NCBI GenBank assembly: GCA_027593235.1
Contig: JAQCIU010000005.1
Span: 70,129-134,128 of the forward strand
Source: Chloroflexota bacterium
GTDB taxonomy: Bacteria > Chloroflexota > Dehalococcoidia > UBA2979
Reading direction: 5' to 3'
DNA: 64,000 bases
Positions 10,443-20,372 of the stretch are shown one piece after another (position 1 is the stretch's first letter; each line of letters starts with the position of its first letter). A program made the translations under genes and the position numbers. Under the pieces are notes generated by a model. The model made no database searches. It was not told the origin of the DNA and saw only the letters and a program-made list of their open reading frames with translations.

Positions 10443-10639
10443 ACGGTACGTAGTCTCCAGTTGTTGGATTGCCGCGAACCGGATGAAAGAGTGAGGTTCG
10501 CAAGCTCGCGCAGATGCTGCGCGGCGAGGTGTTGCATTACATGCAGACTAGCAGTACGGCGTGATTGCCGCGAACGGCGTTCACCCACCCCTGCGTGATC
10601 CGGCCAGCGCCCACGGCGGGGCCGACCCGCGCGGTGGGG

Positions 10640-10855
10640 CTACTCGACCTCGGCGGTCACTTTGCTCACGCGGTCGACCACACCGAGGATCGCGTGGACC
10701 TCGACGGTGTCACCGACCACCGGATCGCCGAGGATCATGTCGTGCGATAACCGCGCCTGAATCGGTCGTGGACCACCGTCCGGCGTCAGGATGAGTTGGT
10801 AGTACTGCAGGCCGTGCAGCTCGTACGGCTGAATCCCTCGCACCGTCGCTCGCAT
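10640..10855 (-). CDS. Small hypothetical protein (possibly a small beta-barrel)
   Basis: Reads MRATVRGIQPYELHGLQYYQLIL..., a protein-like composition unlike the shadow ORFs. Start is uncertain. Confidence 0.6.
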   Translation of the reverse strand: MRATVRGIQPYELHGLQYYQLILTPDGGPRPIQARLSHDMILGDPVVGDTVEVHAILGVVDRVSKVTAEVE

Positions 10856-10963
10856 CTGGTATCCCCGCTCCTCGACATCCCGTACCCGGCGCCGCATCGG
10901 CGCGGCGGCCCTCGATGGTAGCGCCGCACCTGCCGGTCGCTATCCCCGCTACGCTCGCCCTCG

Positions 10964-11185
10964 ATGAACCAACCACCCTCGAAGCCCATCGATCGCGATG
11001 CGAACACGCGCCCGGCGCCAGCGCCGGGGCTCTGCGCTGGCTGCCGCCACGCGTCGCGCGTCGATACCGCGCGCGGGTCCAGCTTCCTTCGCTGCGCGCG
11101 CTCCGACGACGACCCTGGCTACCCGCGCTACCCCGCCCTCCCGGTGCGCCAGTGCGACGGTTTCGAGGCGCGCGCAGCGGAATGA
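10964..11185 (+). CDS. Small Cys-rich hypothetical protein
   Basis: GLCAGCRH...FLRC...YPRYPALPVRQCDGF carries four Cys; it lies directly upstream of the globin gene. Confidence 0.65.
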   Translation: MNQPPSKPIDRDANTRPAPAPGLCAGCRHASRVDTARGSSFLRCARSDDDPGYPRYPALPVRQCDGFEARAAE

Positions 11186-11202
11186 CGGGGGATACTGGAG
11201 CC

Positions 11203-11670
11203 ATGACTGAACCATTGAGCGGTCCGGGCGCGATCCCGCTGCGGCCCAAGACCGAACGACAGCCCGCACTGCTGGAGCGTGTCGGCGGACGCGCGGTGAT
11301 CGAGCGGGTTGTCGACGCGTTCTACGACAAGGTCGAACTCGACCCCGAACTTCGCCCGCTCTTCCCGGAAGACATGGGGCCCGGTCGCGACAAACAGAAG
11401 TGGTTCCTCGAGCAGTGGCTCGGCGGTGAGCCGCTCTACAGCCAGCGCTTCGGCCACCCGCGCCTCCGCCGCCGCCATTTCCCCTTCGAGGTCACCGAAC
11501 GCGGCGCCGGTCGCTGGCTCCGCCACATGATCGAGGCGTTCCGCGACTGCGAAGTCGGCGAACCGGAAATCGCGGAGATCGTCGCCGGCCTCGGCCCGCT
11601 CGCGAAGCACATGGTCAATGTCGACCAGGACGTCCCCCGGAATCCGATCGGCGACGCGTACCTGACCTGA
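11203..11670 (+). CDS. glbO: Group II truncated hemoglobin (trHbO)
   Basis: VGG...VDAFY, LRPLFP, QWLGGEPLYS, GHPRLRRRH and WLRHM. Confidence 0.9.
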   Translation: MTEPLSGPGAIPLRPKTERQPALLERVGGRAVIERVVDAFYDKVELDPELRPLFPEDMGPGRDKQKWFLEQWLGGEPLYSQRFGHPRLRRRHFPFEVTERGAGRWLRHMIEAFRDCEVGEPEIAEIVAGLGPLAKHMVNVDQDVPRNPIGDAYLT

Positions 11671-11711
11671 GCCACGACCAACGAGCATTCCGGCAGGGAC
11701 GCGCGGAACAG

Positions 11712-12479
11712 TTACAGCGGCTTGCGCGCCACGTGCATCGCGATCGTCCCGAACATCAACGACCGCACGCCGGAGACCTCGAAGCCGACGCGCGTCAGCC
11801 GCGCCGTGAACTCCTCGGGCGTATCGAAGTGGTCCACCGAGACCGGGAGGTACTTGTAGGCGCTGCTGTGCCCGGAGATCAGCCGCCCCAGCACCGGCAC
11901 GACGCGGGTGAAGTGGAACCGCGCGAACGGTCGCAGCAACCCCGGCTTCATGCGCGTGATCTCCAGGTTGGCGAGCCGCCCACCCGGTTTCAGCACACGC
12001 CACGCCTCGTCCAGTGCGGCGTCGAGGTCCGGGATGTTGCGCACGACGAACGCGGAACACCAACCGTCCATGCTTCCGTCCGGCAACGGCAACCGCGTCC
12101 CGTCGCCCGCAGCGAATCCCGAGGCACGCGCCGTCGCCGCCTCGCGCCGCGACTTCCGTCGCGCGATCGGCAGCATTGCCTCAGCCACGTCGAACCCCAC
12201 CACCGAGGCCGCGCCGGCCTCGAGGCACGCGAAGCTCAGATCGCCAGTGCCGCAGCCCACGTCCACGATCCGGTCACCCGGCCGCACCAGCGCGCGCGCC
12301 GCCAGCCGTCGCCACGCGTGGTGCCGGCCGCCGGTCATCAGCGTGTTCATCAGGTCGTAACGGCCCGCGATCGAGCTGAACATCCCGCGCACGTACCCGG
12401 CGCGATCCGCCTCCGCAGCGAACAGCGCCTCGGGATCGTGCGGCGCATTGGGTGGTGGATCGGTTCGTTCCGCGGCCAT
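11712..12479 (-). CDS. menG: UbiE/MenG family quinone methyltransferase
   Basis: MFSSIAGRYDLMN, DVGCGTGD, RVLKPGG and AYKYLP. Confidence 0.88.
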   Translation of the reverse strand: MAAERTDPPPNAPHDPEALFAAEADRAGYVRGMFSSIAGRYDLMNTLMTGGRHHAWRRLAARALVRPGDRIVDVGCGTGDLSFACLEAGAASVVGFDVAEAMLPIARRKSRREAATARASGFAAGDGTRLPLPDGSMDGWCSAFVVRNIPDLDAALDEAWRVLKPGGRLANLEITRMKPGLLRPFARFHFTRVVPVLGRLISGHSSAYKYLPVSVDHFDTPEEFTARLTRVGFEVSGVRSLMFGTIAMHVARKPL

Positions 12480-12588
12480 ACGAGGAGCGTACGGCAGGTC
12501 TTCGCCAACGGCAGTCGCGTCAGCGCATCACGGGAGAGACTCGCGTCGACATCGATTGCAAACGAGCGATCCGCTCACACAGGTGATT

Positions 12589-12602
12589 CGAACTACCGTG
12601 CT
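12589..12602 (+). promoter_or_regulatory. Candidate LexA (SOS) box upstream of the nurA operon
   Basis: CGAAC-TACC-GTGCT has one mismatch to the GAAC-N4-GTTC core and is followed by an extended -10-like TGCTATTCT. Confidence 0.45.
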
Positions 12603-12640
12603 AATGCTATTCTGCTTCTGCACTCCCCGGTGGTGCGGCG

Positions 12641-13642
12641 ATGGTGATTCGACTTCTTCCGTGGCAGCCCGATTACGGCTCCGCGCTCCCGTTCGACAGC
12701 GAATCGGAGCCGGATCCGCTCGACCCCGTTGACCTCTCGGTCGAGCGGCGCATCTGGGCGCCCGTTACCCCGAATCCCGCGCCGCCCGTCGCCGTCCAGA
12801 TCGTCGATGGCGTCCGGCGCGCCGAGGCGCATGCCATGGATGACGGACCCGACGGCGCGCCGATGTTCGGGCTGTTCGGCACCTTCGCCGTCGGTGCCGT
12901 CCGCTGCGACGGTGTCGCACGCATCGTCCAGGAATCGATCCGCGTTCAGCGGCGATACCTCCACACCGCGAACGAGACGATCGCGGACCGCGTGATCGCC
13001 TCCGGTGCAGCGACCGTCGCGTTCGAGGCGCGACGCGTCCCGAACGCGAGTACGGCGCAGGCGCTCGTCGGCGCACTCAACCGCTCGATGCTCGATGAGG
13101 AGGCATTGCTCGCCGCGGAACTCTCCCGCGACGAGTCGGTGCTCACACTCCTCGACGGTCCGCTGCGCTCCCTGCGGTCACCCGGACGCCGCGTCGTCGG
13201 TTATGTGAAGCGCATCCAGCAGTGGTACGTCGGTGCTAGCGAGCGCGAGTTGCTGCTCACGCTGGCACCGGGCGAGCGGACGCCGATCTTCCTGATCCCG
13301 CCGTCATCCGGCCTCGAGTCCGCGCACACCGAGGGCCGCTACTCCTGGTTCCTGCGGCTGCGACACCTCAACCCGCTCTACCATCCGCTCGGCGGTGTCA
13401 TGCGCCTCGAGACCTCCGGTGCGCTGCCAATCGCCGAGGCGGTCGCACTCGCGGATGACACGACGCGGCTGCTCCCGCGCCTCTCGTCGGCGCCGGGCAC
13501 GGATCCGCGCGCGCCCCATAACCTCGTGCCGGTCGGCGCCCTCGAGACCGTACTTACCCACCGCATGGGCGATCGGCACTGGGTGCAGCGACTGCTCACC
13601 GCCAACGTCGGTCGCGCGGCGCGAGAGGCGGCGTACCCGTGA
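12641..13642 (+). CDS. nurA: NurA-family nuclease
   Basis: VDGVRR, LLDGPL, GYVK and DPRAPHNLVPVGALE; overlaps herA (GTGA). Confidence 0.82.
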   Translation: MVIRLLPWQPDYGSALPFDSESEPDPLDPVDLSVERRIWAPVTPNPAPPVAVQIVDGVRRAEAHAMDDGPDGAPMFGLFGTFAVGAVRCDGVARIVQESIRVQRRYLHTANETIADRVIASGAATVAFEARRVPNASTAQALVGALNRSMLDEEALLAAELSRDESVLTLLDGPLRSLRSPGRRVVGYVKRIQQWYVGASERELLLTLAPGERTPIFLIPPSSGLESAHTEGRYSWFLRLRHLNPLYHPLGGVMRLETSGALPIAEAVALADDTTRLLPRLSSAPGTDPRAPHNLVPVGALETVLTHRMGDRHWVQRLLTANVGRAAREAAYP

Positions 13643-15474
13643 CCATCCTCGACCGCCCCACCAACGGCTCAACGCCCCACGATCTGCTGGCAACCGCCGG
13701 CTCCTCCGACAGCGAGGCCCCGACGGACCTCGCATTTCGCGGCTACGTGCTCGGGACCGAGCAGGAGTCGTCGTCTCCGCTCGGCTTCTCCGTCTTCGTC
13801 GCTCCCGATCGTTACCTCCAGCTCGACGACGTGGTCAGCGTCCGTACCGCCCTTCCGGACGGGCGCGCGATCGATATCTATGGCGTCGTCGACGAGGTCT
13901 CCGCGCGTCACGAAGGCGTCCAACTCACCTCGGACGTCGCGCTCGTCCGCGAGGGCATCCTCCCCGCCGAGCCGGTCGTCTCCGCGCACGTCGCGGTCAC
14001 CCGGGTCGATCCGGAGATCTACGTGCCGCCGATGCCCGGCGCCGTGGTCCGGCTCGCCGACGGCGAAGCGCGCAACCGTGCGCTCTTCTTCGACTCGATG
14101 GAACGCCGCTTCCCGTTCGGCCTCGCGCGTGGCGACCTCGCCGAGGTGGAGGCTGTGCACGGCAACCTCGACTTCCTCGATGGCCGCAAGGGCGCGCACG
14201 TCAACATCTCCGGCATCTCCGGCGTCGCGACGAAGACCTCGTACGCCACCTACCTGCTGTACGCCCTCTTCGAGGGGGAGCGGCTCGGGGACCTCACCAC
14301 GAACGCTCGCGCCTTAATCTTCAACGTAAAGGGCGAGGACCTGCTCTTCCTCGATCGCCCGAACAAGCGCCTCGACGAGGATCCCGATCTGCGGCGTACC
14401 TACGACGCCCTCGATCTCCCAGCCAGGCCGTTCGGCTCGGTCGGGTTCTTCGCCCCGGTGCGGCACGGCGATCAGCCACTGCCCGATACCGGCTCACGCT
14501 CCGACGGCGTCACCGGCTTCTTCTGGACGCTCCGCGAGTTCTGCGAACGTGGCTACCTGCGATTCCTGTTCGTCGACGCCGACACCGAGCAAACCCAGAT
14601 CGCCGGCCTCGTCGACACCGTCACGGCCCACCTCCGCGCCGAAGCCCGCAAGAGCGCCTCCGATCGGATCAGCATCGACGGCGTCGAGGCGACGACCTTC
14701 GACGAACTGGTCGACGCGATCGAGGCGCACCTCGACACCGACCCCGACTCGCTCGTCCCCTCCTGGGCCGGGCGCGGCTACGGCCAGGCCTCGGTTGGCA
14801 CCATCCGCGCCTTCATGCGCCGGCTCCAAACCGCCTCGCGCCACCTCGGTCACCTCGTCCGCAGCAGCGCGTTCGGGGATCCGAGGGCGCATCGCATCGA
14901 GCGTTCGCACCAGATCACCGTCGTCGATCTGCACCGCCTCCACGACCGCGCGCAGCGCTTCGTGGTCGGCGTGCTGCTCGCCGAACTGCTCGAGGAGCGC
15001 GAAGCCCTCGGAGCCGCCGAGCACGCGCCGCCGGTGTTCGTCGTCGTCGATGAGCTGAACAAGTACGCGCCCCGCGACGGTCACAGCCCGATCAAGGAGA
15101 CGCTGCTCGACATCGCGGAACGCGGGCGCTCGCTCGGCGTGATCCTGATCGGCGCGCAGCAGACCGCCTCCGAGGTCGAGCAGCGGATCGTCGCAAACTC
15201 CTCGTTCCGCGTCGTCGGCCGCCTCGATACCGCCGAGGCTCAGCGCAGCGAGTACCGCTTCCTGGGGCCGACCTGGCGGCAGCGCGCGACGCTGCTGACG
15301 CCGGGCTCGATGATCGTCCAGCAGCCGGAGATCCCGGTCCCGCTCCTGATCCGCTTCCCGCACCCCTCGTGGGCGACGCGCAAATCGGAAGTCGCGTCCG
15401 GCGCGATCGCCGCTGCCCCCGGTGGCGAGCGCGACATCATGGCCCGCTTCGACGACGTCCCGGCGCTGGACTAG
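13639..15474 (+). CDS. herA: HerA ATPase/DNA translocase
   Basis: N-terminal HAS-barrel-like region, variant Walker A GISGVATKTS, Walker B VVVDELNKYAP, and ERGRSLG...GAQQ. Confidence 0.9.
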   Translation: MTILDRPTNGSTPHDLLATAGSSDSEAPTDLAFRGYVLGTEQESSSPLGFSVFVAPDRYLQLDDVVSVRTALPDGRAIDIYGVVDEVSARHEGVQLTSDVALVREGILPAEPVVSAHVAVTRVDPEIYVPPMPGAVVRLADGEARNRALFFDSMERRFPFGLARGDLAEVEAVHGNLDFLDGRKGAHVNISGISGVATKTSYATYLLYALFEGERLGDLTTNARALIFNVKGEDLLFLDRPNKRLDEDPDLRRTYDALDLPARPFGSVGFFAPVRHGDQPLPDTGSRSDGVTGFFWTLREFCERGYLRFLFVDADTEQTQIAGLVDTVTAHLRAEARKSASDRISIDGVEATTFDELVDAIEAHLDTDPDSLVPSWAGRGYGQASVGTIRAFMRRLQTASRHLGHLVRSSAFGDPRAHRIERSHQITVVDLHRLHDRAQRFVVGVLLAELLEEREALGAAEHAPPVFVVVDELNKYAPRDGHSPIKETLLDIAERGRSLGVILIGAQQTASEVEQRIVANSSFRVVGRLDTAEAQRSEYRFLGPTWRQRATLLTPGSMIVQQPEIPVPLLIRFPHPSWATRKSEVASGAIAAAPGGERDIMARFDDVPALD

Positions 15475-15486
15475 GCGGCCGCCGGG

Positions 15487-16653
15487 ATGCGCTTCCTGCA
15501 CACCGCCGACTGGCACCTCGGTCGCCAGATCCGAGGCAAGAGCCGCGCCAGCGAGTTCGCCGCCGTCCTCGATCAGATCGTCGAGATCGCCACCTCCGAG
15601 GAGGTCGACGCCGTCCTCGTCGCCGGCGACATCTGGGACACCGCCTCGCCCTCGCCCGAAGCCGATCGCCTGCTCTACGACGCGCTCCGCTCGCTCATCC
15701 AGCGGGACATCGAGGTGCTGCTGGTGTCCGGCAACCACGACAACCCGCGCCGCCTCGAGGCGATCGGCCGCCTCGCGGAGATGCTCAAGGTGCAGACGCG
15801 TGGCTACATCCGCCCGCCCGGTCAGGGTGGCATCGTCACGATCGAGCGCGGCGGCGAACGCGCCGAGATCGCCGCGATCCCTTGGGTTCCGGAAGGTCGC
15901 GCACTAGACGCGCTCGAGATCCTTGAAGACTTCGAAGCGACGAGCCACAAGTACGAGGACGCGGTCGAGGAGATCTACCGCCAGCTCGCGGCCGGCTTTA
16001 CGCCCGGCGCGATCCACCTCATGGTCGGCCACCTCTTCGTCGATGGCGCCTTGCTGGCGAACGTCGATGGCTCGGAACGCCGCCTGCACATCGAGCAGTC
16101 GTACGGCGTGAAGGCGTCGCGACTGCCCTCGACGCCGCAGTACATCGCGCTCGGGCACATCCACCAGCCGCAGGTGATCGTGGACGCGCCGAACGGCGCG
16201 GCGGCGTATGGCGGCTCGATCCTCCAGCTCGACTTCGGCGAGATCGGCCAGCAGAAGGTCGTCCGCATCATCGACGCCGCGCCGGGCCGCCCCGTCGCTC
16301 AGCACACCGTCCCGCTGACGGCCGGCCTGCCGCTGCTCCAGCTGCGTGGGTCACTCGCCGAGGTGCTCAAGGCCGGTGAGACCGTTGGCGCGGCGCACCT
16401 CCGCGTCGTCCTCGACGTCGACCGCCCGGAGCCGGGCCTCGCGCAGCGCGTTCGCGACGCGCTGCCCGGCGCGGTCGACGTCCGCCTCGACTACGACCGC
16501 AGCGACGAGGAAGGCGGGGACGTCGACTTCGCCGATCTCGCGCCCGAAGAGCTGTTCGTCCGCTACTACCAGCGCCAGCACGGCACCGCACCCGCCGAGG
16601 ACCTGCTCGGCCTCTTCCGCGAACTGGTGAGCGAAGCGGTCGGCGCGTCGTGA
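15487..16653 (+). CDS. sbcD: SbcD/Mre11 nuclease
   Basis: HTADWHLG, AGDIWD, GNHD and ALGHIH. Confidence 0.93.
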   Translation: MRFLHTADWHLGRQIRGKSRASEFAAVLDQIVEIATSEEVDAVLVAGDIWDTASPSPEADRLLYDALRSLIQRDIEVLLVSGNHDNPRRLEAIGRLAEMLKVQTRGYIRPPGQGGIVTIERGGERAEIAAIPWVPEGRALDALEILEDFEATSHKYEDAVEEIYRQLAAGFTPGAIHLMVGHLFVDGALLANVDGSERRLHIEQSYGVKASRLPSTPQYIALGHIHQPQVIVDAPNGAAAYGGSILQLDFGEIGQQKVVRIIDAAPGRPVAQHTVPLTAGLPLLQLRGSLAEVLKAGETVGAAHLRVVLDVDRPEPGLAQRVRDALPGAVDVRLDYDRSDEEGGDVDFADLAPEELFVRYYQRQHGTAPAEDLLGLFRELVSEAVGAS

Positions 16654-19600
16654 AGCCAATTCGCCTCGAACTGCGCGGCTTCACCGCCTTCCGTGAACGC
16701 ACCGTCGTGGAGTTCGAGGGCCGTCATCTCTTCGCGATCACCGGACCGACCGGCGCCGGGAAGTCGTCACTCCTCGATGCCATGACCTGGGCGCTCTACG
16801 GGCAGGTGCCGCGCGTCGGCTCGTCGACGCGCCAGCTCGTCTCCCACGGCGCCACCTCGATGCAGGTGCGCTTCGACTTCTCCACGCGCGACGGCGTCTA
16901 CCGCGTCGTCCGTAAGGCACCCGCCGTGACCGGCACGCGGTTGGAACAGCGCCAGGCCGACGGCAGTTGGCGCCACCTCGCCGATCGCTCACGCGACGTC
17001 ACGGCCGAGGTGGTGCGCCTGCTCGGGATGGATTTCAAGACCTTCACGCGCACCGTGCTGCTGCCGCAGGGGGAGTTCGATGCCTTCCTGAAGGGCGACC
17101 AGAGCGAGCGCCGCGCGATTCTCTCCAGCCTGCTCGGCCTCGGCGTCTACGACGACGCGCGCAAGATCGCCAGTGACCGCGCCAAGCGCGCTCGCGAGCG
17201 GAGCGCGACCGTCGAGGCCCAACTCGCGCAGCTCAACCTCGCCTCCCCCGAGCGCATCGCAGCCCTCGAGGTGGATCACGCCGCCGCGCAGCAACAGCTC
17301 TGCCTCCTCAACGAACGCCGTGACACGCTGCGCGGCCTCGGTGACCTCGCCCGCACCGCGCGCGATGCCGGCCGGGCACACGCCGATGCGACAGCAGCCT
17401 CCGAGGCCGCGGCGACAGTGCAGGCCGCCGCGACGACCGCGCTCACGAGCGCCACCGCCGCCGTCGAACGGGCTGAACACCGCTGCGACGCGCTCAGCCG
17501 CGAGCGCACGAACCTCGCGTACGACCCGGCGCGGCACCAGGCGCTGCGCGGACAGGTCGAGCGCCTCAAGCTGCGCGAAGCGGCGGATCGCGAATTGACC
17601 GAGGCGAAACAGAAGCTCGAGGCCGCTCGTACCGCGCACAGCGCCGCGATCGCGACGGCGGCCTCGGCGGCTGGCCTGCTCGCGGAAGCGGAGACCGCGG
17701 CGAGCACCACCACGGAAGCACTCCAACGCGCCTCGGAGCAGCTTGCCGCAGCTGCGGGTGGCGCCGCACTCGCGCTCAGCGACCTCGAAGCGCGTGCCGC
17801 CACCGCCGCCGCCGACCTCGAAGCGGCGAAGGCGGACCGCGAAGCGCTTGCCACCCAGCTCCCGCGGATCGAAGCCGTCGCGAAGCAGCTCGCGGAGCGC
17901 GCAAGCAGCCACGCGCTCGCCGCCGCCGAGGCCAAACGGGCGTTCGAGGAACGCGATCGCACGGGCAAGGCCGCGGCATCCGTTGAGCAGCAGCTTGCCG
18001 GCGCGGGCACCCGGCTCGAGTCAGCACAGGCGACACTCGCAGAAGCCCGACACGCGGACCTCGCCGCCACCCTGCGATCCGGCCTCAAGCCCGGCGACCG
18101 CTGCCCGGTCTGCGGCGATCGCATCACCCAGATCCCGATGGCATTCGGGGCAGCCGATCTCGCCGCCGCGGAGGCCGCGGTCCACGAGGCCGAACGGCTG
18201 CTTGAGGAAGCGCGTCGTGCCTCGAGCGACGCACGCACGGCCGCCGCCACCGCGACCGCCCGCGCCGAGAGCGCCACGACCACCCTCGCCAGTGCCGACG
18301 CGCTGCTCGCCGCCATCGACGAGGAGCTCGCCCAGCTCGACAGCTCACGCGACGAGCTGCCGGCCACCCTCGATCAGCGACGCGGCGCCCTCGACGCGGC
18401 GCAGCAGCGCGAGACGATCGCCGGGCAGAGCGCGGCGGCGCTCACCTCGCAGCACGGCGCGCTGAAGCTCGCGCTCGCGGCGATCCCGGAGGAGATCGCG
18501 CCGGTCGCGACCACCGAGGCATGCCCCAATCCCGCGGCGGTCAACGCCGCCCTCGCCGCATGGCGCCCCGTCCGTACCGGCGCGACCGATGCGGCCCAGA
18601 AGCTGCAACAGGCACGCGCCGAGCACGCCCGCTTCGAACAGCAGATCGCCGCCGCCGGTGCTCACGCCGAGGCCGCCGAGGAGGCCGCCCGCCAGGCGGA
18701 GCAGCGACTCGCCGCGCACGGCGATGCTCCCGCGGGCACCGAGGCATCCGCGCTCCGCGAGGCGCTCACCGTCGCCGACCAGGCCGCGAAGCGCGCCGAG
18801 GAACTGGACGCGCAGATATCCGTCGCGAAGGCCGCCATCGCCGCCGCGATCGCGACCCGCGCCGCCGCCGAGACCGACCGCACACGCGCCCTCGAAGCCG
18901 CGACCGCAACCACGCAGCTGCTGACATCCACGCAGGCCGTCGCGACCGCGGAGCGCGCGATCCTCGATGCCGCGTGGCGGGAGGAGATCGGCGCGGAACC
19001 GGAGCCCGGCTTCGAATCGCTGCGCCAGCTCATGCTCGTCCACGAGGCCGATCAACAGGCCGCCGCGATCAAAGCCGGCGTCCTCGGCGAACAAATCGCC
19101 CAGTCGAAACGCGAGGTGATCGAGGCCGAGCGGATGCGCAACGAGATCGCCGGCGACAAGGCGACCGCTGATCTGCACGGCGCCCTCGCCCGCGAACTGC
19201 AGGGCGACCGCTTCGTCGGCTACGTCCAGCGTGAAGCGATGCAACTGCTCTCGGCCGACGCTTCGTTCCGCCTGATCGGTTTCACGAACGGCCGGTACGA
19301 ACTCGCAGCCGAGGACAATGAGTTCGTCGTTGTCGATCGCCTCAACGGCGACGAGCGCCGCTCGGTGAAGACGCTCTCCGGTGGCGAGACCTTCCTCGCC
19401 AGCCTCGCGCTCGCCCTCTCGCTCTCCGAGCATCTGCCGCAACTCGCGGGCCTCGGTGGCGCGGTCTCGCTCCAGTCGCTCTTCCTCGACGAGGGCTTCG
19501 GCGCCCTCGATCGCGACTCGCTCGACCTCGCGGTGCAGGGCCTCGAAACCATCGCCAGCAGCCAGCGGATGATCGGCGTGATCTCGCACGTGGAAGAGAT

Positions 19601-19667
19601 GGCGGAGCGGCTGCCCGAGCGCATCGAGGTCGTCAAGCAGGGCAACTCCAGCATCGTCCGCGGCTAA
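16650..19667 (+). CDS. sbcC: SbcC/Rad50 SMC-like ATPase
   Basis: GPTGAGKS, LPQGEF, a long coiled coil with a central Zn hook CPVC, LSGGE, LDEGFG and ISH. Confidence 0.95.
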   Translation: MKPIRLELRGFTAFRERTVVEFEGRHLFAITGPTGAGKSSLLDAMTWALYGQVPRVGSSTRQLVSHGATSMQVRFDFSTRDGVYRVVRKAPAVTGTRLEQRQADGSWRHLADRSRDVTAEVVRLLGMDFKTFTRTVLLPQGEFDAFLKGDQSERRAILSSLLGLGVYDDARKIASDRAKRARERSATVEAQLAQLNLASPERIAALEVDHAAAQQQLCLLNERRDTLRGLGDLARTARDAGRAHADATAASEAAATVQAAATTALTSATAAVERAEHRCDALSRERTNLAYDPARHQALRGQVERLKLREAADRELTEAKQKLEAARTAHSAAIATAASAAGLLAEAETAASTTTEALQRASEQLAAAAGGAALALSDLEARAATAAADLEAAKADREALATQLPRIEAVAKQLAERASSHALAAAEAKRAFEERDRTGKAAASVEQQLAGAGTRLESAQATLAEARHADLAATLRSGLKPGDRCPVCGDRITQIPMAFGAADLAAAEAAVHEAERLLEEARRASSDARTAAATATARAESATTTLASADALLAAIDEELAQLDSSRDELPATLDQRRGALDAAQQRETIAGQSAAALTSQHGALKLALAAIPEEIAPVATTEACPNPAAVNAALAAWRPVRTGATDAAQKLQQARAEHARFEQQIAAAGAHAEAAEEAARQAEQRLAAHGDAPAGTEASALREALTVADQAAKRAEELDAQISVAKAAIAAAIATRAAAETDRTRALEAATATTQLLTSTQAVATAERAILDAAWREEIGAEPEPGFESLRQLMLVHEADQQAAAIKAGVLGEQIAQSKREVIEAERMRNEIAGDKATADLHGALARELQGDRFVGYVQREAMQLLSADASFRLIGFTNGRYELAAEDNEFVVVDRLNGDERRSVKTLSGGETFLASLALALSLSEHLPQLAGLGGAVSLQSLFLDEGFGALDRDSLDLAVQGLETIASSQRMIGVISHVEEMAERLPERIEVVKQGNSSIVRG

Positions 19668-19749
19668 TCGGGCCCGATCGCCCTCGCCCTCCCGCGCGCC
19701 CGAAACCCTGTCGCTAAACTGGTGGCTTCCAGCACGACCGGGAGGGCAG

Positions 19750-20328
19750 ATGAACCAGACACACCTCGAACTCTGCGCCAGCGCCGAATGGGCGGAGACC
19801 GTGCAGAAGTACATCCTGCCGTGGGTGCTGGACGGCGTGGACCTGGGTGACGACGTCCTCGAGATCGGGCCCGGCCCGGGGCGCACCACCGACGTGATCG
19901 CCGGCGTCGTGCCGCGCCTGACCGCCGTCGAGATCGATCACGATCTCGCCACCGCGCTCGCCGCCCGCGTCCCCGCTCACGTCGAGGTGATCGAGGCCGA
20001 CGCGACCGACATGCCGCTCCTCGACGGCCGCTTCAGTGCAGCGATCTCGCTCACGATGCTGCACCACGTCCCGACACCGGAGCTGCAAGACCGGATCTTT
20101 GGCGAGGTCGCACGCGTGCTGCGGCCGGGTGGCATCTTCACCGGACAGGACAGCCGCGACAGCGAGGAGTTCCGCGGACTCCACATCGACGACACGTGCG
20201 TTCCGATCGACCCGGACACGCTCGCTGGTCGCCTCGAACGTGCCGGTTTCACCGACGTGCTGATCGCCCCGAATCCGTACGCCACGCGCTTCCGCGCGGT
20301 TCGCGCGGGAACGCCGGACGCGACCTAG
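19750..20328 (+). CDS. Class I SAM-dependent methyltransferase
   Basis: VLEIGPGPG, MLHHV and RVLRPGG; RBS GGAGG. Confidence 0.88.
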   Translation: MNQTHLELCASAEWAETVQKYILPWVLDGVDLGDDVLEIGPGPGRTTDVIAGVVPRLTAVEIDHDLATALAARVPAHVEVIEADATDMPLLDGRFSAAISLTMLHHVPTPELQDRIFGEVARVLRPGGIFTGQDSRDSEEFRGLHIDDTCVPIDPDTLAGRLERAGFTDVLIAPNPYATRFRAVRAGTPDAT

Positions 20329-20372
20329 ACGTTCAAGCTCCATCCAACTGAATCCGCAATGATCGGCGCGCC

